Source of the DNA: Octopus vulgaris
Lineage: Eukaryota
Length of the DNA stretch: 64,000 nucleotides
Assembly: GCA_951406725.2 (NCBI GenBank)
Contig: OX597817.1
Location: 148,738,001-148,802,000, forward strand
Direction: 5' to 3'
The position numbers and the translations under genes are program-made. Shown here piece after piece: positions 1-12,988 of the stretch. Numbering within the stretch: the first letter of the stretch is position 1; the number at the start of each line of letters is the position of its first letter. The notes beneath the pieces are model-generated. The model was not told where the DNA came from and did not search any database. It saw nothing but the letters and a program-made list of their open reading frames with translations.

Positions 1-553
1 ACTATGTATGTGGTTATATGCTAATGTGCGTGCGACTGTCGCTCTATGCGTAAGCGCATGTCTTGCATTTTCCGTATTTTTTTTTTTAATGTTAAATATT
101 TAACTTTTGTCTTTTTTTTTTCCTTTAATTTCTTTTGTTCTAAGACAGCGAGTAATCGATGCTATAATGCCCGAAAAAATAGGTTCTCTAAGTAGCTTCA
201 TTAATAAAAATAATTTTAATACTAGTTAATAGTCTGCCAACTAATGAAGTGAATGCTAAACAGTAAAGGGGAAATGGGAGGCTTTTTAACGATAAGTGGT
301 GCGAAAGTGTTTAATTGGATTTTTGATGTTCGCTGTTTAAACTATAGCACGAACCAGCTTTCATTCCAGCCTTTAGGTCATCCATATTTGTTTTCGAAAC
401 GTAGGATGAAATATTTAGGAGTATTTTCCAGTAAATACATTTTATATTTAAACATGCAAGTGAATATGTATGCGTGTGTGTACATATAGAATTTTTAATA
501 AACCTGTTTTATGCATATATATATATAAATATATATGTATATATACATATACA

Positions 554-602
<49 letters not shown>

Positions 603-729
603 CATATACCTAAGTGCGCGTCTGTGCGTGTGTGTGTGTGTGTGTGTGTGCGTGTGCGTGAGGGAGTGTATACAGACACCCACATGGTGGAAGAAGGAAT
701 GGCAGTGATATTTTGTAGTAAATAGCAGT

Positions 730-880
730 TTCAAATTTGGGCGCAAGGCCTGTAATTTCGGGGGGTGGAGGGACGATGGTAATGCGATTACATCGACCCC
801 AGTGTTTGACTTGTATCACATTTATCGTCCCCTAAAGCGACAAAAGACGAAGTCGGACTTCAGAATGTAAAAACGGACAA
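730..880 (-). mobile_element. Degenerate SINE body fragment (same family as 1949-2362)
   Basis: Similar to the reverse complement of the SINE body/tail (cgattacatcgaccccagtg ... aagtcggacttcagaatgtaaa); no head visible. Confidence 0.55.
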
Positions 881-940
881 AAGTAGTTGCAAATATAGCA
901 TAAACCTGTAGGTGTATATAGATGTATGTATATATTTGTG

Positions 941-1014
<74 letters not shown>

Positions 1015-1263
1015 TATATATATGTATATGTATGTACGTATGCAGGTATATTATGTATAGTTTTCTGTTTATTTACTTGTGCTCCTTTCTGTTGAAGAGC
1101 GTAGGCTCGAAACGTAAAAGACTTTCTCACCTTCCTGAGCCTAAAACTAATACATCTGCTTGTTGTTTAAACACCTGCCTTCGTCTTTTATTTTTCTGTA
1201 AATTACAACTATATATATATATATATACACACATAAATATACATATAAATATGCATATGTATC

Positions 1264-1307
<44 letters not shown>

Positions 1308-1948
1308 CACATAGAAAGAGAGAGAGGGAGATTGATATATATATATAGAGATATGGATAGATAAATGGATAGGTATATATATATATATATATATACATAC
1401 ACACACACATGCTTATATAAACAAATACACGCGTGAGTGTGTGTGTGTGTGTGTATGTACCTATGTGTGCGTGTATTGTTATAGATTTTCATTGTAATTT
1501 CTTCCTTGCAGTTTGGTATATTTTTTATATTCCTCTTTATTATTTCTTGTTTTTGTTAAAAATTACGAATTTCTTTCTATTTGTTGCTTTTGTTAATTAA
1601 ATTTGCAAATAACATATCTTTGTTCTAAATCGTTTTAATTCAATTCTCCTTCGATTTGTTTTTGATTTTTTTTTACAGATTCACTTTATCCATTGTGACG
1701 AGAAACTGATCGAACAATGCAAACTTGTGCGATATCATAATTTTATAATCAATGGACATGAAGATAAAAGCAACGTTATTTTGATGAACATTTCACCATA
1801 AACAATGAGCAACGACATATGTGAATATCATAAATAATATAAGTAATATATATTGGCTTACTAGATGTTAAGAGGAAGATCATGTTTGATGTCTATATAT
1901 AAAATAATTAATCAAAACAGAACAGTGTGGTAATACCTATGCACAGTT

Positions 1949-2362
1949 AAGGCGGCGAGGTGGCAGAAACGTTAGCACGCAGGGCGAAATGCTTAGCAGT
2001 AGTTCGTCTGCGGCTACGTACTGAGTTCAAATGTCTTTCATCCTTTCGGGTTAGATAAGTTAAGTACCAGTTATGCACTGGGGTCGATATAATCGACTTA
2101 ATCCGTTTGTGAGTCTATGTTTGTCCTCTCTTTGCTAGCCTCTTGTGGGGTAGTAAAAAAAGGTATTTCGTCTGCGGTTACGTTCTGAGTTCAAATTCCG
2201 CCGCGGTCGAATTTGCCTTTCATCCTTTCGGGGTCGATTAAATAAGTACCAGTTACGCACTGGAGTCGATATAATCGACTTAATCCGTTTGTCTGTCCTT
2301 GTTTTCTCTCTCTGCGTTTAGCCCCTTGTGGGTAGTAAAGAAATAAGTATTATACAGAAATA
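1949..2362 (+). mobile_element. tRNA-derived SINE with internally duplicated (dimeric) body
   Basis: Head aaggcggcgaggtggcagaaacgttagcac, B-box-like gagttcaaattcc, and body gcctttcatcctttcggggtcga present twice. Flanked by the direct repeat aatacctatgcaca(g/t)ttaa at about 1932-1950 and 2363-2381 (TSD). Confidence 0.85.
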
Positions 2363-2443
2363 AATACCTATGCACATTTAATGATACACACTTGGTACTC
2401 CTCTTTTCATTTTTCTATTTTGCCGTTGGTAAATAATTACTCT

Positions 2444-2766
2444 GTGGAGGCGCAATGGCCCAGTGGTTAGGGCAGAGGACTCGTGGTCGGAGGATAGCGG
2501 TTTCGATTCCAAGACGTTCTGATTCGATTACAGGACGTTTTTTGTGCTTATTGAGCGAAAACACCAAAAAAGCTCCACGAGTATCCGACAGAATGCGGTG
2601 GCGACCCCCTGTTGTACTGTTTCGTCCCAATTTTCTCTCACTCTTTCTTGAGTGACGCTGCGATGGACTGGCGTCCCGTCCAACTGCGGGGAACACATAC
2701 GCCATAGAAACCGGAAAACCGGGGCCATGAATCTTGCTAGGCTTGAAAAGGGCGCATTAATAAAAA
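2444..2766 (+). mobile_element. tRNA-derived SINE, second family (ggaggcgcaatggcccagtggttaggg head)
   Basis: A-box tggcccagtggttagg, B-box ggtttcgattcc, A-rich tail. Exact 13-bp TSD aaataattactct at 2431-2443 and 2767-2779. Confidence 0.85.
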
Positions 2767-2962
2767 AAATAATTACTCTATAGCGTGTATGATTTGGCAT
2801 AGTTAAAAAGTGGAGATACCAAATATTACTTAGATATTTTCATGTAATATTTGAGTTAATGTATTTGTGGCGTATAAGTTGCTTCCGTGTGTAGACCCCC
2901 CAACTGTTTTATAAGAATATTATGTGGGGTAAAAGTCAAATATGTAAATATGTTCCAACGTA

Positions 2963-3127
2963 CGCGCAGGTGTCGCTGAGCAGTAACAGGTTTCCTTCCA
3001 AACCACATGGTTCCGGGTTCAGGCCAACTGCATGGTGTAACTTGGACAAGTGTATTCTACTATAGCTTCAATTTAACCGAAAGCGTTGAGAGCGGATTTG
3101 ATAGATGGAAAATGAAAGCAGCCCGTC

Positions 3128-3185
<58 letters not shown>

Positions 3186-3209
3186 GTATGTATGCATGTA
3201 TGTATGTAT

Positions 3210-3245
<36 letters not shown>

Positions 3246-3361
3246 GTACATATATATATGTATGTATATATGCATAATATAATGTATTATATGTATATAT
3301 ATGTATATATATATATATATCACTATACATATGCAACGTATGTATGCATGTATGTATGTAT

Positions 3362-3400
<39 letters not shown>

Positions 3401-3745
3401 TATATGTATGTATATATGCATATATATATATGTATGTATATGTATATATATGTATATATATGTATATATATATATAGAATATATATATGTATGTATATAT
3501 GTATGTGACGAAGTAAGTTGTTTGTGTGTGCGTGTAGGTGTGTCTTCGAGTATGTCTTTATCCTCCCACCACCCTTAATAACCAGGGTTGACGTGTTTAC
3601 GTCCACGTAACTTAGCAAAAGTAAACCGACAGAATAAATACCAGGTTTTACAAAAGAATTATAAGCACTGGGGTTGATTCGTTCTACTAAAATTCATTGA
3701 GTCGCTGCTCCAGCGCGACCGCAGTCTTCTATCTGAAACAAGTAT
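2963..3745 (+). mobile_element. tRNA-derived SINE, third family, with internal (TA)n/(TG)n microsatellite
   Basis: Head gcgcaggtgtcgctgagcagtaa...ggttccgggttcag; left half ends gcccgtcg, then TA-rich tract, then right half gtgtttacgtccacgtaacttagc...ctgaaacaagta. Same architecture as 44514-44890 and 63100-63598. Confidence 0.75.
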
Positions 3746-3919
3746 AATATACACTTATCACAAGCCATTTGAAAGTGATTTTAAAGAGGCAAATATGTGA
3801 TTCTGGAAATGAAACTACAATAGTGTGACAGTATTCAGTCACAGCATTGTAAATAATTAAATTGATTCCTAAAGGCAATACTGTCATAATATAATGAAAG
3901 ACATATCAGATATTGGTCA

Positions 3920-4922
3920 AGTATGCTGTACTACAATAAGAATATAGAGTACAGTAAGAATATGGTGTACAAGAGGAATATGGAGTACAATAGGCATATG
4001 AATACAATAAGAATATGAGGTACAATAAGAATATGAGTTGCAATAAGAATAGTACAATAAGAATATGAGGTACAATAAGAATATGAGGTGCAATAAGAAT
4101 ATGAGGTACAATAAGAATATGAGGTACAATAAGAATATGGAGTACAATAAGAATATGGAGTACAATAGGAATATGAGGTGCAATAAGAATAGTACAATAA
4201 GAATATGAGGTACAATAAGAATATGTGGTACAATAAGAATATGGAGTACAATAAGAATATGGAGTACAATAAGAATATGAGGTACAATAAGAATGTGAGG
4301 TACAATAAGAATATGAGGTACAATAAGAATATGGAGTACAATAAGAATATTAGGTACAGTAAGAATATGGAGTACAGTAGGAATATGGAGTACAATAGGA
4401 ATATGGAGTACAATAGGAATATGGAGTACAATAAGAATATGAGGTACAATAAGAATGTGAGGTACAATAAGAGAATGAGGTACAATAAGAATATGGAGTA
4501 CAATAGGAATATTAGGTACAGTAAGAATATGGAGTACAATAGGGATATGGAGTACAATAAGAGTATTAGGTACAATAAGAATATGGAGTACAATAGGAAT
4601 ATGGAGTACAATAAGAGTATTAGGTACAATAAGAATATGGAGTACAATGGGAATATGGAGTACAATAAGTACATGAGGTACAGTAAGAATATGGAGTACA
4701 ATAAGAGTATTAGGTACAGTAAGAATATGGAGTACAATAGGAATATAGAGTACAATAAGTATATGGAGTACAATAAGAATATGAGGTACAGTAGGAATAT
4801 GGAGTACAATTGGCATATGGAGTACAATAAGAATATCAATTACAGTAAGAATATGTAGTACAATAGGAATATTAGGTACAATAAGAATATGTGACTCCCA
4901 TAATTGCCGGAGTACAGTAAGC
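3920..4922. repeat. 18-bp minisatellite (ggagtacaataagaatat / gaggtacaataagaatat), about 55 units
   Basis: Directly visible tandem 18-mer with variant units. It explains the repetitive ORFs 3917-4924, 3931-4839 and 4205-4858. Confidence 0.95.
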
Positions 4923-4957
4923 ACTTTTTCGTAATTTTTTGCTAAATGTCATTGATA

Positions 4958-5312
4958 TAAGGGGTATTCATTAAAGATCTCCTGTGACCCACTTTCCTTT
5001 ATTGCAAGAAACGGAACCTGTACAGGTATAATCATATATGTTTCTACATACATGCTACTTTGTAAATTACAGCTTTGCAGTATTATTCGTTTGTCTTTCA
5101 CGGCTGCAGATGTGGACCAAGGTGTTAAAATGGAGGCAGTTGAATTCAGATCAGTGATCCGGTTCTTATGCTTGAATGATCGTTCACCAAAGGAAACTTT
5201 CGATGGAATGAAAGACGTTTATGGTGATGATACACCATCATAAAGCGTAGTCAAGCAATGACATCACCAGTTCAAATGTGGTTGGGCATCGATTGAAACT
5301 CCTTCCAATTCC
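4958..5312 (+). mobile_element. Mariner-like transposon 5' fragment (transposase N-terminal HTH, disrupted)
   Basis: MEAVEFRSVIRFLCLNDRSPKETFDGMKDVYGDDTPS resembles a mariner N-terminal HTH; in-frame stop and truncated. Confidence 0.6.
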
Positions 5313-5330
5313 TCCTGTTCCCAATAATAA

Positions 5331-5914
5331 TTATTTCAAAGTTTTTCCACAATGGCAGCTTGGAGTAGGTGGAGATGAGTCGATTACATCGAAGCCGGTA
5401 TTCGACAGCTACTTATATAATCGACCCCGAAAGAATGAAAGGCAAAGTCGACCTCGGTAGAATGTGAATTCAGAACGTAGCGACGGGCGAAATACCAATT
5501 TTTTTATTGCCCACAAGGGGCTACACACAGAGAGGACAAACAAGGAGAGACAAACGGATTAAGTCGATTATATTGACCCCAGTGCGTAACTGGTACTTAT
5601 TTAATCGACCCCGAAAGAATGAAAGGTAAAGTCGACCTCGGCGGAATTTGAACTCAGAACGTAGCGACAGGCGAAATACCTATTTCTTTACTACCCACAA
5701 GGGGCTAAACACAGAGAGGACAAACAAAGACAGACGGACGGATTAAGTCGATTATATCGACCCCAGTGCGTAACAGGTACTTATTTAATCGACCCAGAAA
5801 GGATGAAAGGCAAAGTTGACCTCGGCAGAATTTGAACCCAGAACGTAACGGCAGACGAAATACCGCTAAGCATTTCGCCCGGCGTGCTAACGTTTCTGCC
5901 AGCTCGCCGCCTTT
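5331..5914 (-). mobile_element. SINE (family of 1949-2362) with trimeric body
   Basis: Head at about 5850-5913 on the minus strand; body repeated about 3 times at roughly 185-190 bp period. TSD ctgttccca(a/t)taataa at 5315-5330 and 5915-5930. Confidence 0.85.
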
Positions 5915-6032
5915 CTGTTCCCATTAATAACATTAATTAACTCTGTTATTGTATTCTTATTTCTCCTATCATATATTTTCTTCCCATATCTTAGTAGATT
6001 TTTTTGTTTCTCTTTTTCGCAATTCAACTAAG

Positions 6033-6328
6033 CGTGAAGGTGCATGATCGAGTGGTTTGTGTTATTCGGCTTACGATCGTGAGGTCGTGAGTTCGATTCA
6101 CGGTGGTGCGTTGTTTCCTTGAGCAAAATATTTTATTTCACGTTGCTCCAGTCCAGGCAAAAAGGAGTTGTACCAATAATTCAAAGGACCAGCTTTGTCA
6201 CATTCTGTATCGCGCTGAATCGCCTGGAAAACTACGTAAACGGCACGCGTGTCTGTGGAATACCCAGCCACTCGCACATGTAAATTTCATGAGCATGCTG
6301 TCTGAACTGCCAGTACTGAACGAACCAT
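6033..6328 (+). mobile_element. Degenerate tRNA-derived SINE
   Basis: gtgaaggtgcatgatcgagtggtt...gagttcgattc head; body similar to 31385-31770. Confidence 0.65.
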
Positions 6329-6466
6329 GAGTGTCAATGTGTTTATATGTACATGTTTATGCCTGACTGTAATTTTTAAAACTCCTCTTTAAGTATTTCT
6401 AGATCAACCATAAAAAAAAAATGTGCCCCGTAACCATCTATTTGTGTTGCCGTACAATAAGATCGA

Positions 6467-6800
6467 GTGAAGGCACATGGCTCAGTGGTTAGAGCGTCAA
6501 GCTTACGATCGTGTGGTTGTGAGTTCGAATCCCGGACCGGGATGCGTGTTGTGTTCTTGAGCAAGACACTTTATTTCACGTTGCTCCATTTCACTCAGCT
6601 ATAGAAATGAGTTGCGACGTCACAAATGCCAAGCTGTATCGGCCTTTGCCTTTCCCTTGGATAACACTAGTGGCGTGGAGAGGGGAGGCTGGTATGCATG
6701 GGCGACTGATGGTCTCAATAAACAACCTTGCCCGGACTTGTGCCTGGGAGGGTAACTTTCTAAGTGCAATCCTACGGTCACTCATGACCGAAGGGGTTCT
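6467..6800 (+). mobile_element. tRNA-derived SINE
   Basis: A-box tggctcagtggttagag, B-box gagttcgaatccc, followed by gttgtgttcttgagcaagacactttatttcacgttgctcc. Confidence 0.75.
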
Positions 6801-8795
6801 CAGACGATAAGATCGAGATATGCACCTCACTGGGCGCAGAGAAAACTTCATCATTGTACACCTGTAGCAGAACGTTAATGAACTCTGCTTTACAAGTCAG
6901 TCAGTTAGTTATTCTCTTAATATATGAACTGCTTTAATTAAAGGAACTTCACGCTATAAAATATATTTATACATAACCATTAAACGATTCCTGTGTGTGG
7001 TTTGAACACTTGATTACAAAGCACGTCCCGAAATACATCTGCTAAAATCAAACGTCCGTTTATGGTATTATCCGTTGTCTTGAGGAATATCCTGATTGCA
7101 ACTGTGTGTACAGTTCCATGTATCTCCACCGTTTCAGACCACCATAGGTTTATATAGTAGCATATTAACACATTTTATTGCATAAACTTTCACATATACA
7201 TAGAATCAAATGTATTCACACCCTCGTAATCAAGCAGAAGTTTCTACATCACACAGTTAAGAACACTAATTACATAACAGACAGAAATAGTTTTCTCCTG
7301 AAGCTACGGCATGCAATACATATACAAACAATACGTTGAGCTCTTCATTTCGCACTGTCATGGCTGCATTTAACTTCACCCTCTCACACAAGCACACACA
7401 TAGAAATATATATGAAGTTGCGTAATATTCACAAGCATACATAGACACGCCGTCAAGCAATGCCGATGACCGGTTTAAATACCCGAAAACTAAACTAATT
7501 ATGAGATTAATCACGAAGCAAAATGTTCTCGAAGCTATCTGAATTGTATGAGCAGCCTGTCTTAGATTGAAACATATAACACGAATGAGAGGAATATCTA
7601 TAACTGTATTACGTATGTTCGTTGCAGCACTTGCTCAAAGCTACGAGAAGTAACCGGTGAATATCAAACAGGATAATTTATTAACGATGATGATATAGTA
7701 GTCATTATATGGGTAGCTGCAGATTAAACACACTAATTGCAACATGATGTAATGGGCAAAGATATATGGTATTAGGGCGTAGCTGCAGAAGGAAACATTG
7801 ATGTTAAACTAGCAACAACAAGTGTCTAATTAAGCGTGGTTTGCATTAAAAACGAAAGTAGAAATAAGAGTATCAGAGTAGATGTTTCAAGATATTTTCT
7901 AAAGACTATCCATCGTGCTTATTGCTATGTTGTTGACTAAAGACTTTAGTGTTACGTGACTGCAACAGTGCGTTGAAATAGCATATACATGTTTTTAGTG
8001 ATATAATTTGAATTGGGAATGCAACATAAAGTAAATAGGCTCCCTCATCAACGTAAATACACACGCATAATCACCGTACACGTTCACAGCACGCACGCAT
8101 ACATACACATACGCACATATACACATAGACACGCGCACACGCATGTGCAAATCTCAGTCAGTCCAAATTGATTAGAATTGCCCTTCAAGTCAGCAGTTGT
8201 GCGTGACTTCGTTTTAAAGTTAGATTTCCGATGAGATAATAACCACACATTATTAAAAGAGTTCGATAATGTTCAAATAGTTTCCACGATGGCTAAAAGA
8301 ACTCTTTACTATACTTTTAATTGTTACAACTCGAAATACATCAAGCATTTCAATGTAAAGTTTCGCATTGGTATATTATTAATACAATGACTGTTACATA
8401 CAATGTAGTAGACCCTTTTCTGTTACATTGATGGCAGCAACGTAAAGAAACTCTGGTTCATGCATATGAGGTAACTCCCAATTAACTTATAAACATGAAT
8501 GTAAATATGTACGCACATCGGAGTATTTATACGTATTTATATATATATGTTTCTGTGTGTGCGTGTGTGTGAGTGTGTGTGTGTGTGTGTATTACTGTTC
8601 ATATGCGTGTAGTTATATATGTTTGTATGTTTTACGTGTGTGTAAATATTTGTTTGAAACAACGCTCCCGAGATCGAATTAACAGCTCGAGTGGACGGAG
8701 CCAAATAGATCTGCTTTTTCGTGATTATTCCACTAAAACACACTGACATCCCTGCAGGAATATTATATATCATTGTATGTATGTATGTATGTATG

Positions 8796-8835
<40 letters not shown>

Positions 8836-8921
8836 CATCCATTTATCTATCTATCCATTCCTTTATCTATCTACGTATCTATCTATCTAATCCACCCATC
8901 CATTTATCTATTTATCTATCC

Positions 8922-8989
<68 letters not shown>

Positions 8990-9179
8990 ATGTATCTAAT
9001 ATATCTATCTATCTATGTATCTAATTTATCTATATAATCTATCTATCTCTCTATCTATGACGACATGGTTCCTCGTACAGTTCCACTCCGTAGCATGTGT
9101 CTTCTATTGCCTCGAGCTGACCAGACTTCTGAATGGATTTGACAGGTAGAAACAGAAAGAAGTCTGTCGTATATATATA

Positions 9180-10335
9180 CAGGGTGTGAAGGATATTTGA
9201 GGGCAGTTTTGGTATACAATAAAACAACTATATTTCAGCATAAATAAATATGTATTTGAATAAACATTTGTGCAATTAGTCTTGATAATGATTTTTTGAG
9301 CAAATTATTCTACGAAACTACCTTTGGCTTCGAAGACTGCTTCAATGCAGGACTGAAACAGCTAGCATGCTGACACTATATGGACAATGATGGCCTTCAA
9401 TGAAGCTATGGTATTATAGGAATGACGATGAGTTTCCATTTCAACAACGCTCCACATATCCGTGGGGTTCAAATCTGGTGAGTTTGGAGGCCACATGTTG
9501 GATGGTACATAATCGTAAAGATTAACTCACAAACATTCTTGGGTGACTAGGGCTTTGTAAGAAGATGCTAAATCTTGTTGAAACACATATGGCCTTCCGT
9601 TGCACATTCAAACTATTCGGGGCTTGATAGCAGTTTCCAGTACCTCGATGTATCCAGCAGCATTAATTCTAAAACCCTGTGGGAAAAAGTAGGGTGGCAT
9701 CCCATGGCCTTCGCTACTCACCACTCCTATAACTAACGCAGGTGCTGGATATTTCGAGTGCATCACTCTGGGTACTTCAGAAGGCTCTGCATATTAACAC
9801 CTGTCATTTCTTCTATTAGACTTTTGAACAGGGTCAAAATAATATTCGTCAGAGAAAAACCAAAGCTTGCCTTGCTCACGAGGAGCTTATCATTTTGTTA
9901 AGGAAGCGTTTTGAACGGATGAGACGATTTTCCTGTAATTTTGCATATACAAATAGTTCTGATAGTCCATCTGACTCCCGAAGTTTTTTAGCAATGGACC
10001 TCATTGATCATCTGGGGTTTTCATTGACAATGTTTTAAACATGCATAAATTCCGGTGCCCTTTTAGTGACTGAGCATTGTGAATGCATTTCTTTCTTTTT
10101 GATACAGGTGAAACATTACCATCACATGCCTCAAATTCCAACTGAACTTTGTGTGTACAAATGATCCTGCAACATTTACAATGTTGCTAATTTCTAAATC
10201 ACTGTGGTTTGCATGTATAGCAACTATGACTGCATGTATTTTCATTTCTTGAGTTAGCATCATATCATGAAAGGGTTAGCTGAAAATAAAAATGATGCAT
10301 CAAATAATTTGAAGGTGTAATGAACAAAAACTGCC
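9180..10335 (-). mobile_element. Tc1/mariner-superfamily transposon relic
   Basis: Minus strand encodes broken transposase motifs (FQQD, NMWPPNSPDLNP, N-terminal ORF 10063-10263). One TIR cagggtgtgaaggatatttgagggcagttttg after TA; only the inner part (caaaaactgcc) of the other TIR survives. Confidence 0.75.
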
Positions 10336-12750
10336 ATTTGGTGCATGATAGAGTTCGATGCAGCTGCCCTCATCTGCACCTCCTGCCGTGAAGTTGGTTC
10401 ATCTGGGATACCTGACAAGAAGAGATCCAGTTTCATTTTAAAGACATCTGCATCCACCCCATGCAGGTCTCTTAGGTTCTTCGGGAGGATATTGAGGAGC
10501 TGTGGGCCTCGGAAGCCCAGGCTATCACAGTAAATTGTCCTACATCTTGATGGCAAATTTGGAGTCCTAGGCACCACGCAGTGGCGCCCGGTTCTGGCAT
10601 TTGTGTAACTCTCGATGCCAAAGTTTGGGACAAGTCCCTCTAGGATCTTCCAGATGTATATTATGGCATATCTTTCTCGCCTACGCTCCAAGGAATGGAG
10701 TTTTAATCTCTTGAGTCTTTCCCAGTAGCTTATACTCTGCACAGAGGCTATCTTCTTCGTGTAGCTACGTTGAATCGCCTCAAGTTCTGTGATCAACTTG
10801 ACACTGGATGGTGACCATAGCTGAGAGCAATAGTCAAAGTGGCTTAGAACAAGTGTCCTCCAGAGGACCATCATGGTTTCTTGTTCTCTTGTTCTAAAGG
10901 TACTGAGAATCCATCCGGCCAGTCGTCTACATTTCATTGCAAATTTAGCAACATGTACATGAAAGGTTGCGTCATCACTCATGTAAATACCCAGGTCACG
11001 CACTGATTGTGCCTCTGGGATTGCAATTCCTCCGGGTCCAGTGTATTCATTGGGTATTGCATTTAGTTTTGCATGCTGATAGTATAAAGCTTGAAACTTT
11101 TCAGCATTGAACTGCATGCTATTCTTTTCAGCCCCCTTGTTATATTTTGTCCAGCTCACATTGCAGGCGTTTAGTGTCCTCAGGGTTCTGTATTGCCTGT
11201 GAAACTTTTGTATCATCTGCATAACTTGTGATCGTGGCTCTCTGCGTGGCTGAGGTCATGTCTGAGAGGGCCATTATGAACAGTAGTGGTCCCAAAACAG
11301 TGCCCTGCGGAACACCGCTCACTATTTGCGTGTTAATGGAAGTGGCCCCATTGGCTACTACCACCTGACTTCTATCTTTCAGAAAGTCATGAAGCCATTC
11401 TCCCAGTTTTCCAACTATGCTAAGATCACGCAGTTTGTGACATATCAATCCATGATCGACTTTATCAAAGGCCTTTGCAAAGTCGAGATATATCACTTCC
11501 ACATTTGAGTGGTTGAGCAGTCGTTTCAGCACCCAGTCATAGTGTTGTAGGAGCTGAGTTAAGCAGCTTCTTCCTGGTCGGAAACCATGTTGGGTGTCAG
11601 GCAGCAAGTCATTTTATTCAAGGAAGGTGATCAGTTTCCTTCTGACTATTCGTTCCATGACCTTGCTGATGTGTGAGGTCAGAGAGATAGGTCTGTAGTT
11701 CTTGGCCTCCGCTCTGCTACCTCCTTTATGAATAGGGCATATTTTACCTTCCTTCAGTTTTCTTGGAAGTTTGCCAGCTGCAAGGAAGCTCTGAAAGAGG
11801 AACTGCAGTGGTCTTGCTAGGACTCTCTTACATACTTTTAGGAGGATTGCCGGGAATCCATCGGGGCCAGCAGCTGAGTCTGTTTTCATTTCATCTATAG
11901 CCTTTATTACATCGTCTTCCTTTATATCGATGTAATCTATCGTCACCGCCTCTGATTTTATATCTGCAGTGGTAAAGAAGTCAGTTGGATTGGTGATTTG
12001 GAAATTCCCAAGTGAAAACACTCTTGAATTGCTCATTCAGTATTTCACTTACCCTCATTGGTTTTCCTGTGAGTGTGCCATCCTTTTCAAGGAGTGGTCC
12101 TATCCTACAGTGCACCGTAGCTGTTTCTTTGGCATACCTGTAGAAAGCTCTGGGGTTAGATTTTATGTTGTCTATAGCCCAGGCTTCTTTGTCTGCTATT
12201 TCCTTTTCATGGGAGAGTTGCAGACATTTTTCAATTTCCAACAGTTTTATTTTTAGGCGGGACTTTTCACTGCTTTCAATTTGTTTGTTTAGGCGATTTG
12301 AAATTTTTGTATGCCGTCTCATTAAAATTTTCCTCTCTCTGGGGATTTTGTTCTTGTGTACAGTGGCCTTTCTCTCTGGGACACATTTGTAGCATATGGC
12401 TTGCATTACAGACATGAATTGTTGAAGTTTCACGTCGATGTCTGGCGAGGAGAGACATTCAGGCCAGTTTTGTTTTAGGATCTCTTTCTCAATTTGTTTC
12501 CAGTTTGCCTTATGGAAGTTCAAGCTGGAAAGATTCTGAGGGTTTCTTGTAGGCTGCATGTCCATGCTTTCCTTTGGCCCGTACATGGTCAGCTCTACCA
12601 TGTTGTGATCCGAGAGTAGTGTCGGTGCCACTTTCACATAATGGATGAGATCCATATTATTTGTGAAGCAGAGATCCAGTGTGTTACCTGCCCTGGTTGG
12701 TTGGAGTATTACTTGTTCCATGTACAGGGTGTTGATGAGGTTCAGGAGGG
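10336..12750 (-). mobile_element. CR1-group LINE ORF2 (end of APE domain plus RT), 5'-truncated, frameshifted
   Basis: Motifs PTRAGNTLDLCFTNN, SAAGPDG, NYRPISLTSHISKVMER, QHGFRPGRSC, YLDFAKAFDKVDH, SGVPQGTVLGPLLF, YADDTK, RDLG, SLERRRER spread over ORFs 11981-12721, 11614-12036, 11140-11607 and 10260-11222. Confidence 0.9.
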
Positions 12751-12767
12751 ACCTCGCTATAATAATA

Positions 12768-12828
<61 letters not shown>

Positions 12829-12829
<1 letters not shown>

Positions 12830-12934
12830 TTAGGGAGTAAATCCAAATTTACAGGGAAAAATTAGATTTAGGATTAAATCCAATTTTATAGTATAAATAT
12901 ATATTATATTAAATTAGAGATAAAACCACTATTA

Positions 12935-12988
<54 letters not shown>

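Noticed and set aside
3920-4922. CRISPR-like array
   Set aside because: Contiguous repeats with no unique spacers; eukaryotic context.
6470-6540. tRNA gene (also similar heads at 2446 and 31385)
   Set aside because: A/B boxes continue into SINE bodies, some with TSDs; no proper acceptor stem.
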